A stretch of 64,000 nt of DNA from an uncultured Hyphomonas sp. (GTDB taxonomy: Bacteria; Pseudomonadota; Alphaproteobacteria; Caulobacterales; Hyphomonadaceae), in NCBI GenBank assembly GCA_963675305.1, contig OY776147.1:1334426-1398425 (forward strand). The letters run 5' to 3'. Positions 10,528-21,339 of this stretch are shown piece by piece; positions within the stretch are counted from its first letter, which is position 1; each line of letters begins with the position of its first letter. The notes below the pieces were generated by a model. The model was not told where the DNA came from. It ran no database searches and was given only the letters and a program-made list of their open reading frames with translations. The translations under genes were made by a program, and so were the position numbers.

Positions 10528-12324
10528 GTGACAGATATCGCTGCGTCGGGTGAAGCGGGTAGGGTCCGTGACACGTCATTTTTTGGCCATCCGAAAGGAT
10601 TGGCGATCTTGTTCTTCACTGAAATGTGGGAGCGTTTTTCGTATTACGGGATGCGTGGCCTGCTGGTGTTGTACCTGACCCAGCATTTTCTTTTCTCAGA
10701 CGAAAAATCCTCGATCATGTACGGCGCCTACACCGCGCTTGTTTACGTGATGACGATCATCGGCGGCACCCTGGCTGACCGTTATCTTGGACAGCGGAAA
10801 GCGGTGACCTTTGGCGCCATCCTGCTGTGCCTTGGGCATTTTGGAATGGCGTTCGAAGGAACGGGCTCCAAAGAATATGTCGTCACCAATGGCGCAGAAA
10901 TCGAAATCCAGCATGAAGGACGTGGTGACAACCGCCAGCTCTTTGTGGACCTGGATGGAGAGAGCCGAAGAGTCGTGTTCGAGCAGGGAACGGGGGATCT
11001 GCAGATCCTCGAAACTGCGGACACCGCGAAAGAGCCGACTGCACCTGTTTATCAGCAGATCGCCAAAGACGATTACACAACTCGTATCGAGCGACAGCAG
11101 CTCTACACCAACATCCTGTATCTTTCGTTGGCTTTCATTATCGCCGGTGTCGGCTATCTGAAGGCAAACATTTCAACGATTGTCGGCGCGATCTACGATT
11201 TTGACGACCCGCGCCGGGATTCAGGATTTAGCCTGTTCTACATGGGTATTAATCTTGGCTCGCTGCTGTCGTCGCTTACTTGTGGCATCATCGGGATTGT
11301 CTGGGGATGGAGTTATGGATTCGGCCTCGCCGGGATCGGCATGCTGGCCGGTTTGGTTGTGTTTCTCTGGGGACAGAAATTCCTGGATGGCAAGGCCGAG
11401 CCGCCTAATCCGGAAACACTGAAGAAGTCTTTCCTCGGGCCGATCACTGTCGAAACAGCCTGCTATCTTGCTGGCGTCGTCGTTATTGCGGTCGCCATGC
11501 TGCTTGTTATGAATGCGGAAGTCATTCCGGACTGGTTCGTTGGCTCTCTGGGAATCGTCATTTTCCTGGGATTGGTGACGTATGCGTTCGTTCAACTTCA
11601 GGGCTCTGAGCGCAAGCGCATGTTCGCTGCGATATACTTTGTCCTGGCGCAGATCCCTTTCTGGGCCTTGTTCGAACAAGCAGGTTCCTCGCTGACGCTG
11701 TTCACAGATCGTCTCGTCGACAAGCAGATCTTGGGGATCAATGTTCCGACGCCGGTCTTCCAGTTCCTCAATGCGGGCTATATTGTTGTCTTCGCTCCGA
11801 TCTTTGCGTGGATGTGGATTGCACTGGCCAAGCGGAAGTTGGAACCGTCCACTCCGGTGAAGTTTGCCATCGGCGTGTTCCTGGCAGGGCTGGGCTTCCT
11901 CTCGCTGGTCGGGGGTATCGGCATGTCCGGAGCAGGCATGACGGCAGTCGGTTTCATCTTCCTGATCTATTGGGTTCATACGATGGGCGAGCTGATGGTG
12001 TCGCCGGTGGGGCTGTCTGCTGTGACCAAGCTGGCTCCTGCACGTGTCGTTGGCATGACGATGGGGGCCTGGTTCCTGTATTCCGGGCTGTCGAACTATC
12101 TGGCTGGGGTTATTGCCCGCACCACCGGTGCTGAGACCATTGGTGGTCAGATCACAGATGTGGCGGCGGCAAAGGCGACTTATGTCAGCGTTTATTCCAA
12201 TGTCGGATATGTCGCGATGGGGATAGGTGTGCTGATGCTCATTGTTTCCCCGATCATCAAGAGCTGGATGAAGGGTAACGAGCTGCCAGCGGAATCCTCG
12301 ATGGTCTCGGACGAAATGTTCTGA
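10528..12324 (+). CDS. POT/PTR2 family peptide:proton symporter
   Basis: It has the PTR2 signature FFGHPKGLAILFFTEMWERFSYYGMRGLL and many TM helices. GTG 10528 has GGAG 8 nt upstream, whereas the track start 10483 has no SD. Confidence 0.9.
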   Translation: MTDIAASGEAGRVRDTSFFGHPKGLAILFFTEMWERFSYYGMRGLLVLYLTQHFLFSDEKSSIMYGAYTALVYVMTIIGGTLADRYLGQRKAVTFGAILLCLGHFGMAFEGTGSKEYVVTNGAEIEIQHEGRGDNRQLFVDLDGESRRVVFEQGTGDLQILETADTAKEPTAPVYQQIAKDDYTTRIERQQLYTNILYLSLAFIIAGVGYLKANISTIVGAIYDFDDPRRDSGFSLFYMGINLGSLLSSLTCGIIGIVWGWSYGFGLAGIGMLAGLVVFLWGQKFLDGKAEPPNPETLKKSFLGPITVETACYLAGVVVIAVAMLLVMNAEVIPDWFVGSLGIVIFLGLVTYAFVQLQGSERKRMFAAIYFVLAQIPFWALFEQAGSSLTLFTDRLVDKQILGINVPTPVFQFLNAGYIVVFAPIFAWMWIALAKRKLEPSTPVKFAIGVFLAGLGFLSLVGGIGMSGAGMTAVGFIFLIYWVHTMGELMVSPVGLSAVTKLAPARVVGMTMGAWFLYSGLSNYLAGVIARTTGAETIGGQITDVAAAKATYVSVYSNVGYVAMGIGVLMLIVSPIIKSWMKGNELPAESSMVSDEMF

Positions 12325-12346
12325 TCCCGCGTTTCTTGCGCACATG

Positions 12347-12377
12347 AAAAAGGCGGCCCGCTGGGTCGCCTTTTTTG
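12347..12377 (+). terminator. Rho-independent terminator after POT transporter gene
   Basis: The stem GGCGGCC (12352-12358) pairs with GGTCGCC (12364-12370) including one G-U, followed by TTTTTT. Confidence 0.75.
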
Positions 12378-12411
12378 TTTCGTCAGACAGGCTGTCAGTT
12401 TGGAAGAAGCC

Positions 12412-12840
12412 TTAATTGTAAGGCGGGATGAACGGGTCGACCGGCAGACCGCGTTTCAGCCAGCCATCACCGGCGCCCTCTTTGCCAAGCATGCCTTCCT
12501 TGATGTCGAAGACGTGTGTGAAGCCGGCCTTTTCGAGCACGCTGGCTGCCTCGCTGGAGCGTTGCCCGGTCCGGCAGATGACAGCGATCGGATGGTCGAG
12601 GTCTCCCAGAACCGCACCGCGGGCCTGGGCGACGAAGTCACGGTCTTTCACATTGATGCCGTGGCTGTCACGAGGCAGGCCGGTCATGGCCCATTCTGTT
12701 GGCGTCCGTACATCCAGCACGACGATTTCGCCCCGCTGCACCATCTGCCAGGCTGAGTCTGCAGGCAGGTCGCCTGGCTCTGCAAACGCGGGGGGCGCCA
12801 TGAAAGAAGCCGCAAGAAGGGCACCTGTCAGGAATCGCAT
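12412..12840 (-). CDS. rhodanese-like sulfurtransferase, secreted
   Basis: It has a rhodanese active-site loop (CRTGQRS). I chose the start at the Met preceding the signal peptide MRFLTGALLAASFMAPPAFA. The track start is 12921. Confidence 0.8.
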   Translation of the reverse strand: MRFLTGALLAASFMAPPAFAEPGDLPADSAWQMVQRGEIVVLDVRTPTEWAMTGLPRDSHGINVKDRDFVAQARGAVLGDLDHPIAVICRTGQRSSEAASVLEKAGFTHVFDIKEGMLGKEGAGDGWLKRGLPVDPFIPPYN

Positions 12841-12968
12841 TCTGTCACCGTCCTCTACTGATCGGGCACACGAGCGAATCGGCTCGTGTCCCTCTGCCCG
12901 ATTGTGGCCAGAAAGTGACAAATAGACCCCGGCGCTTCAAGCCCCGGCCTACGGAAGTAACAGCAATT

Positions 12969-14378
12969 TTAGCCTGCGCCGCCTACGGTCAGGGCACCGA
13001 TCTTGAGGGTTGGTTGCCCGACACCCACCGGCACCGACTGGCCGGCCTTGCCGCACATGCCGACGCCATCATCCATGGCGAAATCATTACCGATCATGGT
13101 GACGTCCTGAAGCACTGTGGGACCGTGGCCGATCAGGGTGGCATTCTTCACCGGCGCGACCACCTTTCCGTTCTCGACCAGATAGGCCTCGGTGCACTGG
13201 AACACGAAATTGCCTGACGTGATGTCGACCTGTCCACCGCCGAAGTCGACGGCCCACAGGCCGCGTTTGATGGACGACACGATCTCTTGCGGATCCTTGT
13301 CCCCGCCCAGCATCACGGTGTTGGTCATGCGCGGCATAGTCTGGGCCTCGTAGCTCTCCCGCCGGCCATTGCCTGTCGGTTCCTGGCCCATCAGGCGGGC
13401 ATTGAGCCGGTCCTGCATGTAGCCTTTCAGGATGCCGTCCTCGATCAGCACCGTACGCTGAGTGGGCGTGCCTTCATCGTCGAAGGAGAGGGAGCCGCGG
13501 CGAGCCTCAATTGAGCCGTCATCGATAATGGTGACCCCCTTGGCGGCGACCTGTTCGCCAATGCGGCCAGCATAGACGCTCGTGCCCTTGCGATTGAAAT
13601 CGCCTTCCAGGCCGTGGCCAACGGCTTCGTGCAGGAGAACGGCGGGCCAGCCCGGGCCGAGAACGACTTCCATTTCCCCTGCAGGTGCTGCGATGGACTG
13701 CAGGTTTACAGACGCCTTGCGGATTGCGCGGCGGACCATGTCCTGCCAGCGCTCCGGCCGGATCCAGTCGTCATAGGCGGCCCGGCCACCTGCGCCAGCT
13801 CCGGCCGACTCGCGCCGGCCGTTTTCTTCGAGCGTGACCGACACGTTGAGACGAACCAGTGGGCGAATATCGGAATAGGCCGCGCCATCCGGGCGCAGAA
13901 TGTCCACTTCGGTATGGCTGCCAGACAGGGATACGGAAACCTGTACGACCCGCGGGTCGCTGGCGCGGGCCCAGGCATCGATTTCGGCCAGAAGTCCTGT
14001 TTTGACAGAGAAATCCGGCGCAGCGGTCGGATCGATCGGCTGGTAGAGGCGCCGGTTCGTGGGCACGGGGCTGGCGGCCAGTTTTCCCGAGTATCCGCGT
14101 TTGGCTTCGGAGGCGGTCGACGCGGCGCGCCGGATTGCGGCGAGGGACAATTCGGAGGCATAGCCGGACCCCTGCGCCTCGCCCGCCACAACCCGCAGGC
14201 CGAATCCCTGATCGGTATCGAAGGCGGCCGATTTCAGCCGGCCGTCGTCAAAGACAAAGCTCTCCGACCGGGAGCGTTCGATGTAGAGGTCACCGTCATC
14301 GCCGCCGCGGACGGCTTCAGCAAGAATGTCGGTGGCCTGGCGAAGATCGAAGGGCAGGGCGTTTTCAGTCATCTGCAC
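12969..14378 (-). CDS. tldD: metalloprotease TldD
   Basis: The 469-aa product has the HEAVGHGLE zinc motif and a TldD/PmbA C-terminal region. Confidence 0.93.
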   Translation of the reverse strand: MQMTENALPFDLRQATDILAEAVRGGDDGDLYIERSRSESFVFDDGRLKSAAFDTDQGFGLRVVAGEAQGSGYASELSLAAIRRAASTASEAKRGYSGKLAASPVPTNRRLYQPIDPTAAPDFSVKTGLLAEIDAWARASDPRVVQVSVSLSGSHTEVDILRPDGAAYSDIRPLVRLNVSVTLEENGRRESAGAGAGGRAAYDDWIRPERWQDMVRRAIRKASVNLQSIAAPAGEMEVVLGPGWPAVLLHEAVGHGLEGDFNRKGTSVYAGRIGEQVAAKGVTIIDDGSIEARRGSLSFDDEGTPTQRTVLIEDGILKGYMQDRLNARLMGQEPTGNGRRESYEAQTMPRMTNTVMLGGDKDPQEIVSSIKRGLWAVDFGGGQVDITSGNFVFQCTEAYLVENGKVVAPVKNATLIGHGPTVLQDVTMIGNDFAMDDGVGMCGKAGQSVPVGVGQPTLKIGALTVGGAG

Positions 14379-14456
14379 TAGATGCGCGCCCGTGGCGTGA
14401 GCGGCAAGAGGCTGACGTGTGGATTCCCCCTCAACCTGAACAGCGGGGGCTGTCGC

Positions 14457-15008
14457 TCAGTTGCTCACCGTGAAGCGTGTCAGCTGCCATTTGGCGCGTT
14501 CGAACTCCGGATTGAGTTCCACGGCTTTCTGGAAATCCATATAGGCCCCGGCGAGGTCTCCGGTGTTTTCGCGCGCGATGGCGCGATTGTAGTAGGCGGC
14601 GTAGAGCTCTTCGCTGTCCAGTTCGATGGCCTTGTCCAGCGAGACCAGGGCTGAGTCGAAATCCTTCAGGAAAATGTAGGCGGCGCCTTCGTTCAGCCAG
14701 ATGGCCCCGAATTCGGGTTTCATGTTCTTGGCTTTCTCATAGTCAGACAGTGCGCCGTCATAGTCGCCGCTGCGCATGCGCAGCACGCCGCGATTCGTAT
14801 AGGTGGCGGCCCGGTTTCCCATTTTCATGAGCTCGGACTCGATCGCCCTGGTGCAGATACGCTCGCCTTCCTGGTTGGAAACCCGGCCAAATAGGGCCGC
14901 TTCATAGCAATCACGGGCGATTCCGCCGCCGATCACGGATACCTGAGCGGATGCTGCGGGTGTGGCAATGGCGGCAAAACTGGCAGCGAGCAGGGCTGTG
15001 CGGATCAT
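14457..15008 (-). CDS. tetratricopeptide repeat protein, secreted
   Basis: TPR-like repeats are present (AATYTNRGVLRMRSGDYDGALSDYEKA...). The start is at ATG 15008, which precedes the signal peptide MIRTALLAASFAAIATPAASAQ and has GGAGG upstream. The track start is 15275. Confidence 0.75.
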   Translation of the reverse strand: MIRTALLAASFAAIATPAASAQVSVIGGGIARDCYEAALFGRVSNQEGERICTRAIESELMKMGNRAATYTNRGVLRMRSGDYDGALSDYEKAKNMKPEFGAIWLNEGAAYIFLKDFDSALVSLDKAIELDSEELYAAYYNRAIARENTGDLAGAYMDFQKAVELNPEFERAKWQLTRFTVSN

Positions 15009-15168
15009 TCTTGGCCTCCGGAAAACGGGAACTCCTGAAGTCAATTTACCATCATTAAGGCGAGACGACGACAGGCTGCGACAATATTGAGCGCGGAAAG
15101 AGGTAGGTTGCGGCAAATACGTATTGTAGATACAGGGGCAGAGATTCCAACGAGACGAGGATTCCTTC

Positions 15169-16134
15169 GTGCGACACCTACTTGCCGCTCTTAGCGCAGC
15201 GTTGTTCGCCGCTCCGGCTTTTGCTGCCATTCCGCGCGATGGCGCGCTGGGTATGCAACCCGCCGCGACGCGCATTGCCGAGCGTATCCATCACTTCCAC
15301 ACTTTCCTGCTGTGGATCATTATTCCGATTACGATTTTCGTTCTGATCCTGCTGCTTTGGGTCATCGTCCGGCACAATTCCCGTGCCAACCCGACACCGC
15401 GCAAGTTCAGCCACAATACGCTGATCGAGGTGATCTGGACCGTCGTGCCGGCGCTGATCCTGGTTGGGATCGCAAGCCAGTCCTTCCCGAACCTCTACTA
15501 TCAGGATGTTCCGCCGAACCTCGAAAAGGTTCAGGAGAAGGCCAACCAGCTGCTCGCCGATGGCAAGTCGGCTGAATACGAGCGCTTCACCAAGGAATAC
15601 AATCCGGAAGCGGCTGCCCAGGGGTTCGTGAACGTCAAGGCGCAAGGCAACCAGTGGAACTGGACCTATACCTATCCGGACATCACCGATGACGCTGGCT
15701 ATCCGCTGGAGTTTGTGTCGAACCCGCTCCAGGTTGGTCTGTCGACCGATTCCAAAGTTGGCCCTCGCAATCTGGCCGTCGATTATCCGATGGTTGTGCC
15801 TGTTGGACGTTACGTCCGCTACTACACGGCTGCGGCTGATGTAATCCACTCGTTCGCCGTTCCAGCCTTCGGCATCAAGACCGATGCTGTCCCGGGCCGC
15901 CTGAATGAAGGCTGGTTCCTCGTTGACGAGCCCGGCACCTATTACGGCCAGTGTTCGGAACTTTGCGGCGTGAACCATGCCTACATGCCGATCGAAGTCC
16001 GGGTTGTGCCGCAAGAACAATTCGACCGCTGGGCGGAGCTGATGCTCGCCGGCGACTATGATGCTGCAGCCGCTTCGGTGCAGACAATCGCTTCCGTAGA
16101 ACCGGCGACCAAGTTCGCCGCGGTCACTGAATAA
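15169..16134 (+). CDS. coxB: cytochrome c oxidase subunit II
   Basis: It has the CuA site ([18 protein letters not shown] ... [13 protein letters not shown]) and two N-terminal TM helices. Confidence 0.93.
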   Translation: MRHLLAALSAALFAAPAFAAIPRDGALGMQPAATRIAERIHHFHTFLLWIIIPITIFVLILLLWVIVRHNSRANPTPRKFSHNTLIEVIWTVVPALILVGIASQSFPNLYYQDVPPNLEKVQEKANQLLADGKSAEYERFTKEYNPEAAAQGFVNVKAQGNQWNWTYTYPDITDDAGYPLEFVSNPLQVGLSTDSKVGPRNLAVDYPMVVPVGRYVRYYTAAADVIHSFAVPAFGIKTDAVPGRLNEGWFLVDEPGTYYGQCSELCGVNHAYMPIEVRVVPQEQFDRWAELMLAGDYDAAAASVQTIASVEPATKFAAVTE

Positions 16135-16157
16135 ACCGAGAGAGAAGAGTACGTCCC

Positions 16158-17828
16158 ATGCCCATGGATGAAGTCGCCCTCGACCACGCCCACGATGATC
16201 ACGACCACAAGCCTGGTTTCTTCACGCGTTGGCTGTTTTCCACCAACCACAAGGACATCGGTACGCTGTACCTGATCTTCGCGATGATCGCGGGGATCGT
16301 AGGGTACACGCTTTCCGGCCTGATCCGCTGGGAGCTCGCTGAGCCGGGTATCGGCGTGCTGACGCGCTTCGTTGCCGGTGAAGGCGATGTGGCCATCCAG
16401 AACGCCAAACACTTCTACAACATGGTCATCACCTATCACGGCCTGATCATGATCTTCTTCATGGTCATGCCAGCCCTGATCGGCGGCTTCGGCAACTGGT
16501 TCGTGCCGCTGATGATCGGTGCGCCGGACATGGCCTTCCCGCGCATGAACAACATCTCGTTCTGGCTGACCGTTACTGCTTTCATCCTGGCCTGCATCTC
16601 GATGACGATCCCGGGCGGTTCGGCTGGTAACGGCTTTGCGGGCGGTTGGGTGCTCTATCCGCCTCTGTCCTCGACGACCGGCCACCCTGGCCCTGCCATG
16701 GATGTGCTGATCCTGTCGCTTCACACGGCCGGTATCGCGTCGATCCTCGGTGCCATCAACTTCATCGTGACCATCCTGAACATGCGCGCGCCGGGGATGA
16801 CCCTGCACAAGATGCCGCTGTTCGCCTGGGGCGTTCTGGTGACGGCTGTCCTTCTGCTGCTGTCGCTGCCGGTGCTTGCCGCTGCGCTGACCATGCTGCT
16901 GACAGACCGGAACTTCGGGTCGCAGTTCTTCAACCCTGCGGGCGGTGGTGACCCGATCATGTTCCAGCACCTGTTCTGGTTCTTCGGTCACCCGGAAGTC
17001 TACATCATGATCCTGCCGGCCTTCGGCATCATCAGCCACATCGTTTCGACCTTCTCCAAGAAACCGATCTTCGGTTATCTCGGCATGGCCTACGCCATGG
17101 TGTCGATCGGGGTCATCGGCTTCGTCGTGTGGGCTCACCACATGTACACGGTCGGGATGGATGTGGACCTGAAGGCTTACTTCGTGGCTGCAACCATGGT
17201 CATCGCGGTGCCGACCGGCATCAAGATCTTCTCGTGGATCGCCACGATGTGGGGCGGCTCCATCGAGTTCAAGGTACCCATGCTCTGGGCCATCGGCTTC
17301 ATCTTCCTGTTCACCGTTGGCGGTGTGACGGGTGTGGTGCTGGCCAATGCCGGTATCGACCACTCGCTGCACGACACCTACTATGTGGTTGCGCACTTCC
17401 ACTACGTGCTGTCGCTGGGCGCCGTGTTCGGTCTGTTCGCCGGCTGGTACTACTGGTTCGAGAAGATGTTCGGCATCAAGTACAATGGCTTCCTCGGCGG
17501 CCTGCACTTCTGGCTGATGTTCATCGGTTCGAACGTCCTGTTCTTCCCGCAGCACTTCCTGGGTCTGCAGGGCATGCCGCGCCGCTACATCGATTATGCC
17601 GACGGTTTCGCGACCTGGCACCACGTGTCGTCGATCGGCTACGCCATCACCATGGTTGCGACGCTGGTCTTCTTCATCGGCCTTGCCGAGGCGCTGATCC
17701 GTCGCCGCAAAGGTGTGGCAAATCCGTGGGGCGAAGGCGCCACCACGCTGGAATGGACGCTGCCGTCGCCGCCACCGTTCCACCAGTACAATGAACTGCC
17801 GCACGTGACGGCGAAGGGCGGCCACTAG
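16158..17828 (+). CDS. ctaD: cytochrome c oxidase subunit I
   Basis: The 556-aa product has a canonical heme-copper oxidase sequence ([33 protein letters not shown]). Confidence 0.97.
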   Translation: MPMDEVALDHAHDDHDHKPGFFTRWLFSTNHKDIGTLYLIFAMIAGIVGYTLSGLIRWELAEPGIGVLTRFVAGEGDVAIQNAKHFYNMVITYHGLIMIFFMVMPALIGGFGNWFVPLMIGAPDMAFPRMNNISFWLTVTAFILACISMTIPGGSAGNGFAGGWVLYPPLSSTTGHPGPAMDVLILSLHTAGIASILGAINFIVTILNMRAPGMTLHKMPLFAWGVLVTAVLLLLSLPVLAAALTMLLTDRNFGSQFFNPAGGGDPIMFQHLFWFFGHPEVYIMILPAFGIISHIVSTFSKKPIFGYLGMAYAMVSIGVIGFVVWAHHMYTVGMDVDLKAYFVAATMVIAVPTGIKIFSWIATMWGGSIEFKVPMLWAIGFIFLFTVGGVTGVVLANAGIDHSLHDTYYVVAHFHYVLSLGAVFGLFAGWYYWFEKMFGIKYNGFLGGLHFWLMFIGSNVLFFPQHFLGLQGMPRRYIDYADGFATWHHVSSIGYAITMVATLVFFIGLAEALIRRRKGVANPWGEGATTLEWTLPSPPPFHQYNELPHVTAKGGH

Positions 17829-17921
17829 GCGCTCTCCGTCTGAACCACTCAATCGCAGCGGCCTCTCGTTCCACGGGAGGCCGTTCGCTTTCGGAAGTCC
17901 CGGAAAGAAGGACCTGAACAC

Positions 17922-18326
17922 GTGAACATGCGCCTGCCCATCGTGATTGGCATGTATGCCTTCATCGTGGTGTTCCTGCCGCGCAATCCGGCTGTGGACC
18001 GGATGTTCGACAAGGTCCGGACGATCGATCCGAATATCGCGATAACGGTCTCCGTTGTGGCGCTGATTGCCGGCGCCATCGGCTTGTGGATCCTCTGGCG
18101 CCAGCCGAAGGGCCTGCTGCGTACCAAGCCCAGCCGAAAACTGGTGATCGTCAATTCGGGCCTGGTCGGGATCGTGTTCGCGGGCATCTTCGACGTCATG
18201 CAGAAATTGTCTGGCGCCGCGACGGACCTCATTAGCCTGATCCTCGTGCCCATTGCTTTCATGATTGCTGAAGGCACCTATCTCGCCCTCGAATGGCGCC
18301 TGAACCGCAAGTTTGATAAGGAATGA
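17922..18326 (+). CDS. hypothetical small membrane protein (about 4 TM) inside the oxidase cluster
   Basis: This 134-aa ORF lies between ctaD and ctaB and has GC-rich third positions like its neighbours. It contains four hydrophobic segments and no recognisable motif. Confidence 0.55.
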   Translation: MNMRLPIVIGMYAFIVVFLPRNPAVDRMFDKVRTIDPNIAITVSVVALIAGAIGLWILWRQPKGLLRTKPSRKLVIVNSGLVGIVFAGIFDVMQKLSGAATDLISLILVPIAFMIAEGTYLALEWRLNRKFDKE

Positions 18327-18408
18327 GCCTGTCCTCGCGCGCCGCCCATATGTCGCGCTGACAGCGGCCTGCTCAAACACATACGATGCTAGATCAACCG
18401 GACCTGAA

Positions 18409-19362
18409 ATGACCGACGCACCCGCTACTCCCGAGAAACGCTACGGCACTGCCGGCGATTATGTGCAGCTGCTGAAGCCGCGCATCATGATGCTGGTCGT
18501 GTTTACGGCCGTGGCTGGCCTGATCGCGGCAACCGGCGTGACCGGCCAGACCATGCATCCCTTGATGGCCGCCATTGCGGTCCTCGCCGTGGCGCTTGGC
18601 TCCGGCGCGGCTGGCGCAATCAATATGTGGTACGATTCCGACATCGATCAGGTGATGACCCGGACGTCGACCCGGCCCATCCCGTCCGGCGCCGTCCCGC
18701 GGGAAGAAGCGATCGCGTTGGGTATGATCATGAGCGGTGTTTCCGTGCTGCTCATGTGGCTCGCTTCCAACTGGCTTGCGGCCGGGCTGCTCGCATTTTC
18801 CATCTTCTACTACGGCGTCATCTATACGATGTGGCTGAAGCGCTCGACCCCGCAGAACATCGTGATCGGTGGCGGGGCGGGTGCATTCCCTCCAGTGATC
18901 GGCTGGGCCGCGGTGACAGGCAATACGCCGCTGGACGCGTGGATCCTGTTTGCCATCACCTTCTTCTGGACGCCGCCGCATTTCTGGGCGCTCAGCCTGC
19001 TGGCGCATTCGGAGTATGAAAAAGCTGGCGTGCCGATGCTGCCTGTCACGCATGGTGCGAAAGCAACTCGCCTGCAGATGCTGCTGTACACAATTGTCCT
19101 GGCCGCGATCTCCATGGCGCCTCTGGCAACAGGGCTTGGCGGGTGGATTTACGGTGTTGTGACCGGCGCGCTCAACCTGGCCTTCCTGTATTACGCCTTC
19201 CGGGTCTGGCGTTCGCATGCCGGTGATAATGGCGCGCCGGGGGCTGACCAGAAGCTTGCGCGAAGCATGTTCCTGTTCTCGATCCTGTACCTGTTCCTGG
19301 TCTTTGCCGCTCTCATTGTGGAGCACGGTGCCGGGCTGCACTTTCCTGTGGGAGGCTTCTGA
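18409..19362 (+). CDS. ctaB: protoheme IX farnesyltransferase (heme O synthase)
   Basis: It shows a UbiA-superfamily pattern (NMWYDSDIDQVMTRT) and the FFWTPPHFWAL motif. The start is at ATG 18409 (MTDAPATPEK); the track start 18313 adds a non-homologous leader. Confidence 0.93.
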   Translation: MTDAPATPEKRYGTAGDYVQLLKPRIMMLVVFTAVAGLIAATGVTGQTMHPLMAAIAVLAVALGSGAAGAINMWYDSDIDQVMTRTSTRPIPSGAVPREEAIALGMIMSGVSVLLMWLASNWLAAGLLAFSIFYYGVIYTMWLKRSTPQNIVIGGGAGAFPPVIGWAAVTGNTPLDAWILFAITFFWTPPHFWALSLLAHSEYEKAGVPMLPVTHGAKATRLQMLLYTIVLAAISMAPLATGLGGWIYGVVTGALNLAFLYYAFRVWRSHAGDNGAPGADQKLARSMFLFSILYLFLVFAALIVEHGAGLHFPVGGF

Positions 19363-19700
19363 TGAGCGATGACGGCTTTAAGCCGGGGGAGGAGCATTTC
19401 CCGGAGCAGGCGCATCTGGATGCTGCCGCGCGTGCGGCCCAGAAGCGGCGCAATTTGTGGCTTGGCCTGGCCCTTTTGGGGTTTGTCTTTCTGGTGGGCC
19501 TGACCACCTTCGTTCGGCTCAGCAGTTCGCAGGACAATCAGGCCAACTTTTACTACAACATGAACCAGACCGGGCAGGAGGAGGCGCCGGAACTTCCGCC
19601 GGGCATGTCGCCGGAGCAAGCTGAACCGCCTTCGAACCTGTCCACCGAAACGGTCGTTCGCGAGGAAGTGGTCGTTGAAGAGGAGGCGCCCGAGCAATGA
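19362..19700 (+). CDS. small single-TM protein in the CoxF position between ctaB and ctaG
   Basis: The 112-aa product has one TM helix (LWLGLALLGFVFLVGLTTFV) and an acidic tail. It overlaps ctaB (TGATG) and ctaG (ATGA). Confidence 0.55.
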   Translation: MSDDGFKPGEEHFPEQAHLDAAARAAQKRRNLWLGLALLGFVFLVGLTTFVRLSSSQDNQANFYYNMNQTGQEEAPELPPGMSPEQAEPPSNLSTETVVREEVVVEEEAPEQ

Positions 19701-20275
19701 AGCTGTCCAATGCCAAGGTCGCGGGGATCTCGCTGACTGTATTTGCGGCGATGCTGGGGCTCGGTTTTTCTGCAGAGCCGCTCTACGGCACGTTCTGCCG
19801 GGTGACGGGCTATGGCGGGACCACGCGGATCGCGACATCCGCGCCCAAAGAGATTGTGGATCAGACGATTACAGTCCGTTTTGATACGAATGTGGCGGAT
19901 GTGCCATTGGAGTTCCGCCCGCTTCAGCGCTCTCAGGACGTAAAGATCGGCCAGCACGGCCTCGCCTTTTTTGAAGTCTCCAATCCGACCGATCAGGAGT
20001 TCCATGTGATTGCGGCCTATAATGTGACGCCGCACTATTCCGGAAAATACTTCAATAAACTGGAGTGTTTCTGTTTCGACGAGCGGGTCATTGCCCCGCA
20101 TGAAACCAAGAAGCTGCCTGTCGTCTATTTCATCTCCCCCGATATGGTGGACGACCATGTAGCCGACCAGCTGGAAACCATCACGCTTAGCTACACTTTC
20201 TATGAAAGTTCGAAATATAACGGTCCGAAAACTCAGGCGGCCTTAGGTGCGGCGAATTCAGCCACGGGCGGCTGA
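19697..20275 (+). CDS. ctaG: cytochrome c oxidase assembly protein CtaG/Cox11
   Basis: It has Cox11 motifs (LYGTFCRVTGYGGT and KLECFCF). Confidence 0.92.
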   Translation: MKLSNAKVAGISLTVFAAMLGLGFSAEPLYGTFCRVTGYGGTTRIATSAPKEIVDQTITVRFDTNVADVPLEFRPLQRSQDVKIGQHGLAFFEVSNPTDQEFHVIAAYNVTPHYSGKYFNKLECFCFDERVIAPHETKKLPVVYFISPDMVDDHVADQLETITLSYTFYESSKYNGPKTQAALGAANSATGG

Positions 20276-20352
20276 AACTGTTGCACTTTTGGTCCGGAGC
20301 GGTCTAAACAGCTCAGAGATTCTAGGGATATAAATCAAGGGGTCCGCCAGAC

Positions 20353-21231
20353 ATGGCTCACGGCGAAGTCAAACACGATTATCATCTGGTCAATCCGTCA
20401 CCGTGGCCGCTGCTCGGCTCGTTGTCGGTACTGGTTCTGGCGCTTGGCGGCGTCAATTACATGAAGGGCCTTTTCGGCATGGAAAAGGGAACCGTGTGGC
20501 TTCTGGCCGTCGGTTTCGCCATGGTCGGCTGGGTCATGATCGGCTGGTGGCGCGAAGTCATCAAGGAAGGCAAACATGGCGATCATACGCCGGTTGTGAC
20601 GATCGGCCTGCGCTATGGCATGATCCTGTTCATCGCCTCTGAAGTGATGTTCTTCGTCGGCTGGTTCTGGAGCTTTTTCGAATTTGCCATCTATCACAGC
20701 GCACGTGTCGGCGAGAACTGGGACGCGGCGAACCCGCTGTTTGCAGAGGCTCTGGCCAAGTTCGGCGACTGGCCGCCAGTTGGCGTCGAAACGTTTGATC
20801 CGTTCCACCTGCCGCTGATCAACACGCTGATCCTGCTTCTTTCTGGTACGACCGTCACCTGGGCGCACCACGCGCTGCAGCATGACGACCGTTCCGGCGC
20901 CAAGCTGGGCCTGTTTGTCACAATCCTGCTCGGCATGGCCTTCACCGCGCTTCAGGTGTTCGAATACAGCCACGCACAGTTCAGCTTTGACGGAACGCTC
21001 TATGGGTCGGCCTTCTTCATGGCGACCGGTTTCCACGGTGCCCACGTCGTGATCGGTACCCTGTTCCTGATCGTCTGCCTGATCCGGATGCTCACAGGCG
21101 GCATGTCGGCCAAGAAACACCTCGGTTTCGAATTCGCAGCCTGGTACTGGCACTTTGTGGATGTGGTCTGGCTGTTCCTGTTTGCCTTCGTCTACGTCAC
21201 GCCGTACCTGGTTCTGGGTAACGGGCACTAG
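20353..21231 (+). CDS. ctaE: cytochrome c oxidase subunit III
   Basis: The 292-aa product has 7 TM helices and typical subunit III strings (GFHGAHVVIGT, AAWYWHFVDVVWLFLF). Confidence 0.95.
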   Translation: MAHGEVKHDYHLVNPSPWPLLGSLSVLVLALGGVNYMKGLFGMEKGTVWLLAVGFAMVGWVMIGWWREVIKEGKHGDHTPVVTIGLRYGMILFIASEVMFFVGWFWSFFEFAIYHSARVGENWDAANPLFAEALAKFGDWPPVGVETFDPFHLPLINTLILLLSGTTVTWAHHALQHDDRSGAKLGLFVTILLGMAFTALQVFEYSHAQFSFDGTLYGSAFFMATGFHGAHVVIGTLFLIVCLIRMLTGGMSAKKHLGFEFAAWYWHFVDVVWLFLFAFVYVTPYLVLGNGH

Positions 21232-21261
21232 ACAACCGCGCATTCACGCGCTGACTTTCAG

Positions 21262-21302
21262 GGGCCCGCCGGCGCGCATTCGCCCGGCGGGCCCTGTTTA
21301 TT
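21262..21302 (+). terminator. Terminator-like GC hairpin after ctaE
   Basis: GGGCCCGCCGG (21262-21272) pairs perfectly with CCGGCGGGCCC (21284-21294), followed by TGTTTATT. Confidence 0.6.
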
Positions 21303-21339
21303 CGGGCAGGGCCGTTCCCTGTGACTGAAAGGACCAACG

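Noticed and set aside
16056-18380. A 774-aa open reading frame on the minus strand, the longest unassigned ORF in the track.
   Set aside because: It lies exactly antisense to ctaD and the following small membrane gene. Its translation is low-complexity and rich in Arg, His, Asp, Gly and Gln. The sense strand encodes an unmistakable heme-copper oxidase subunit I. Long stop-free antisense frames are expected in high-GC coding DNA.
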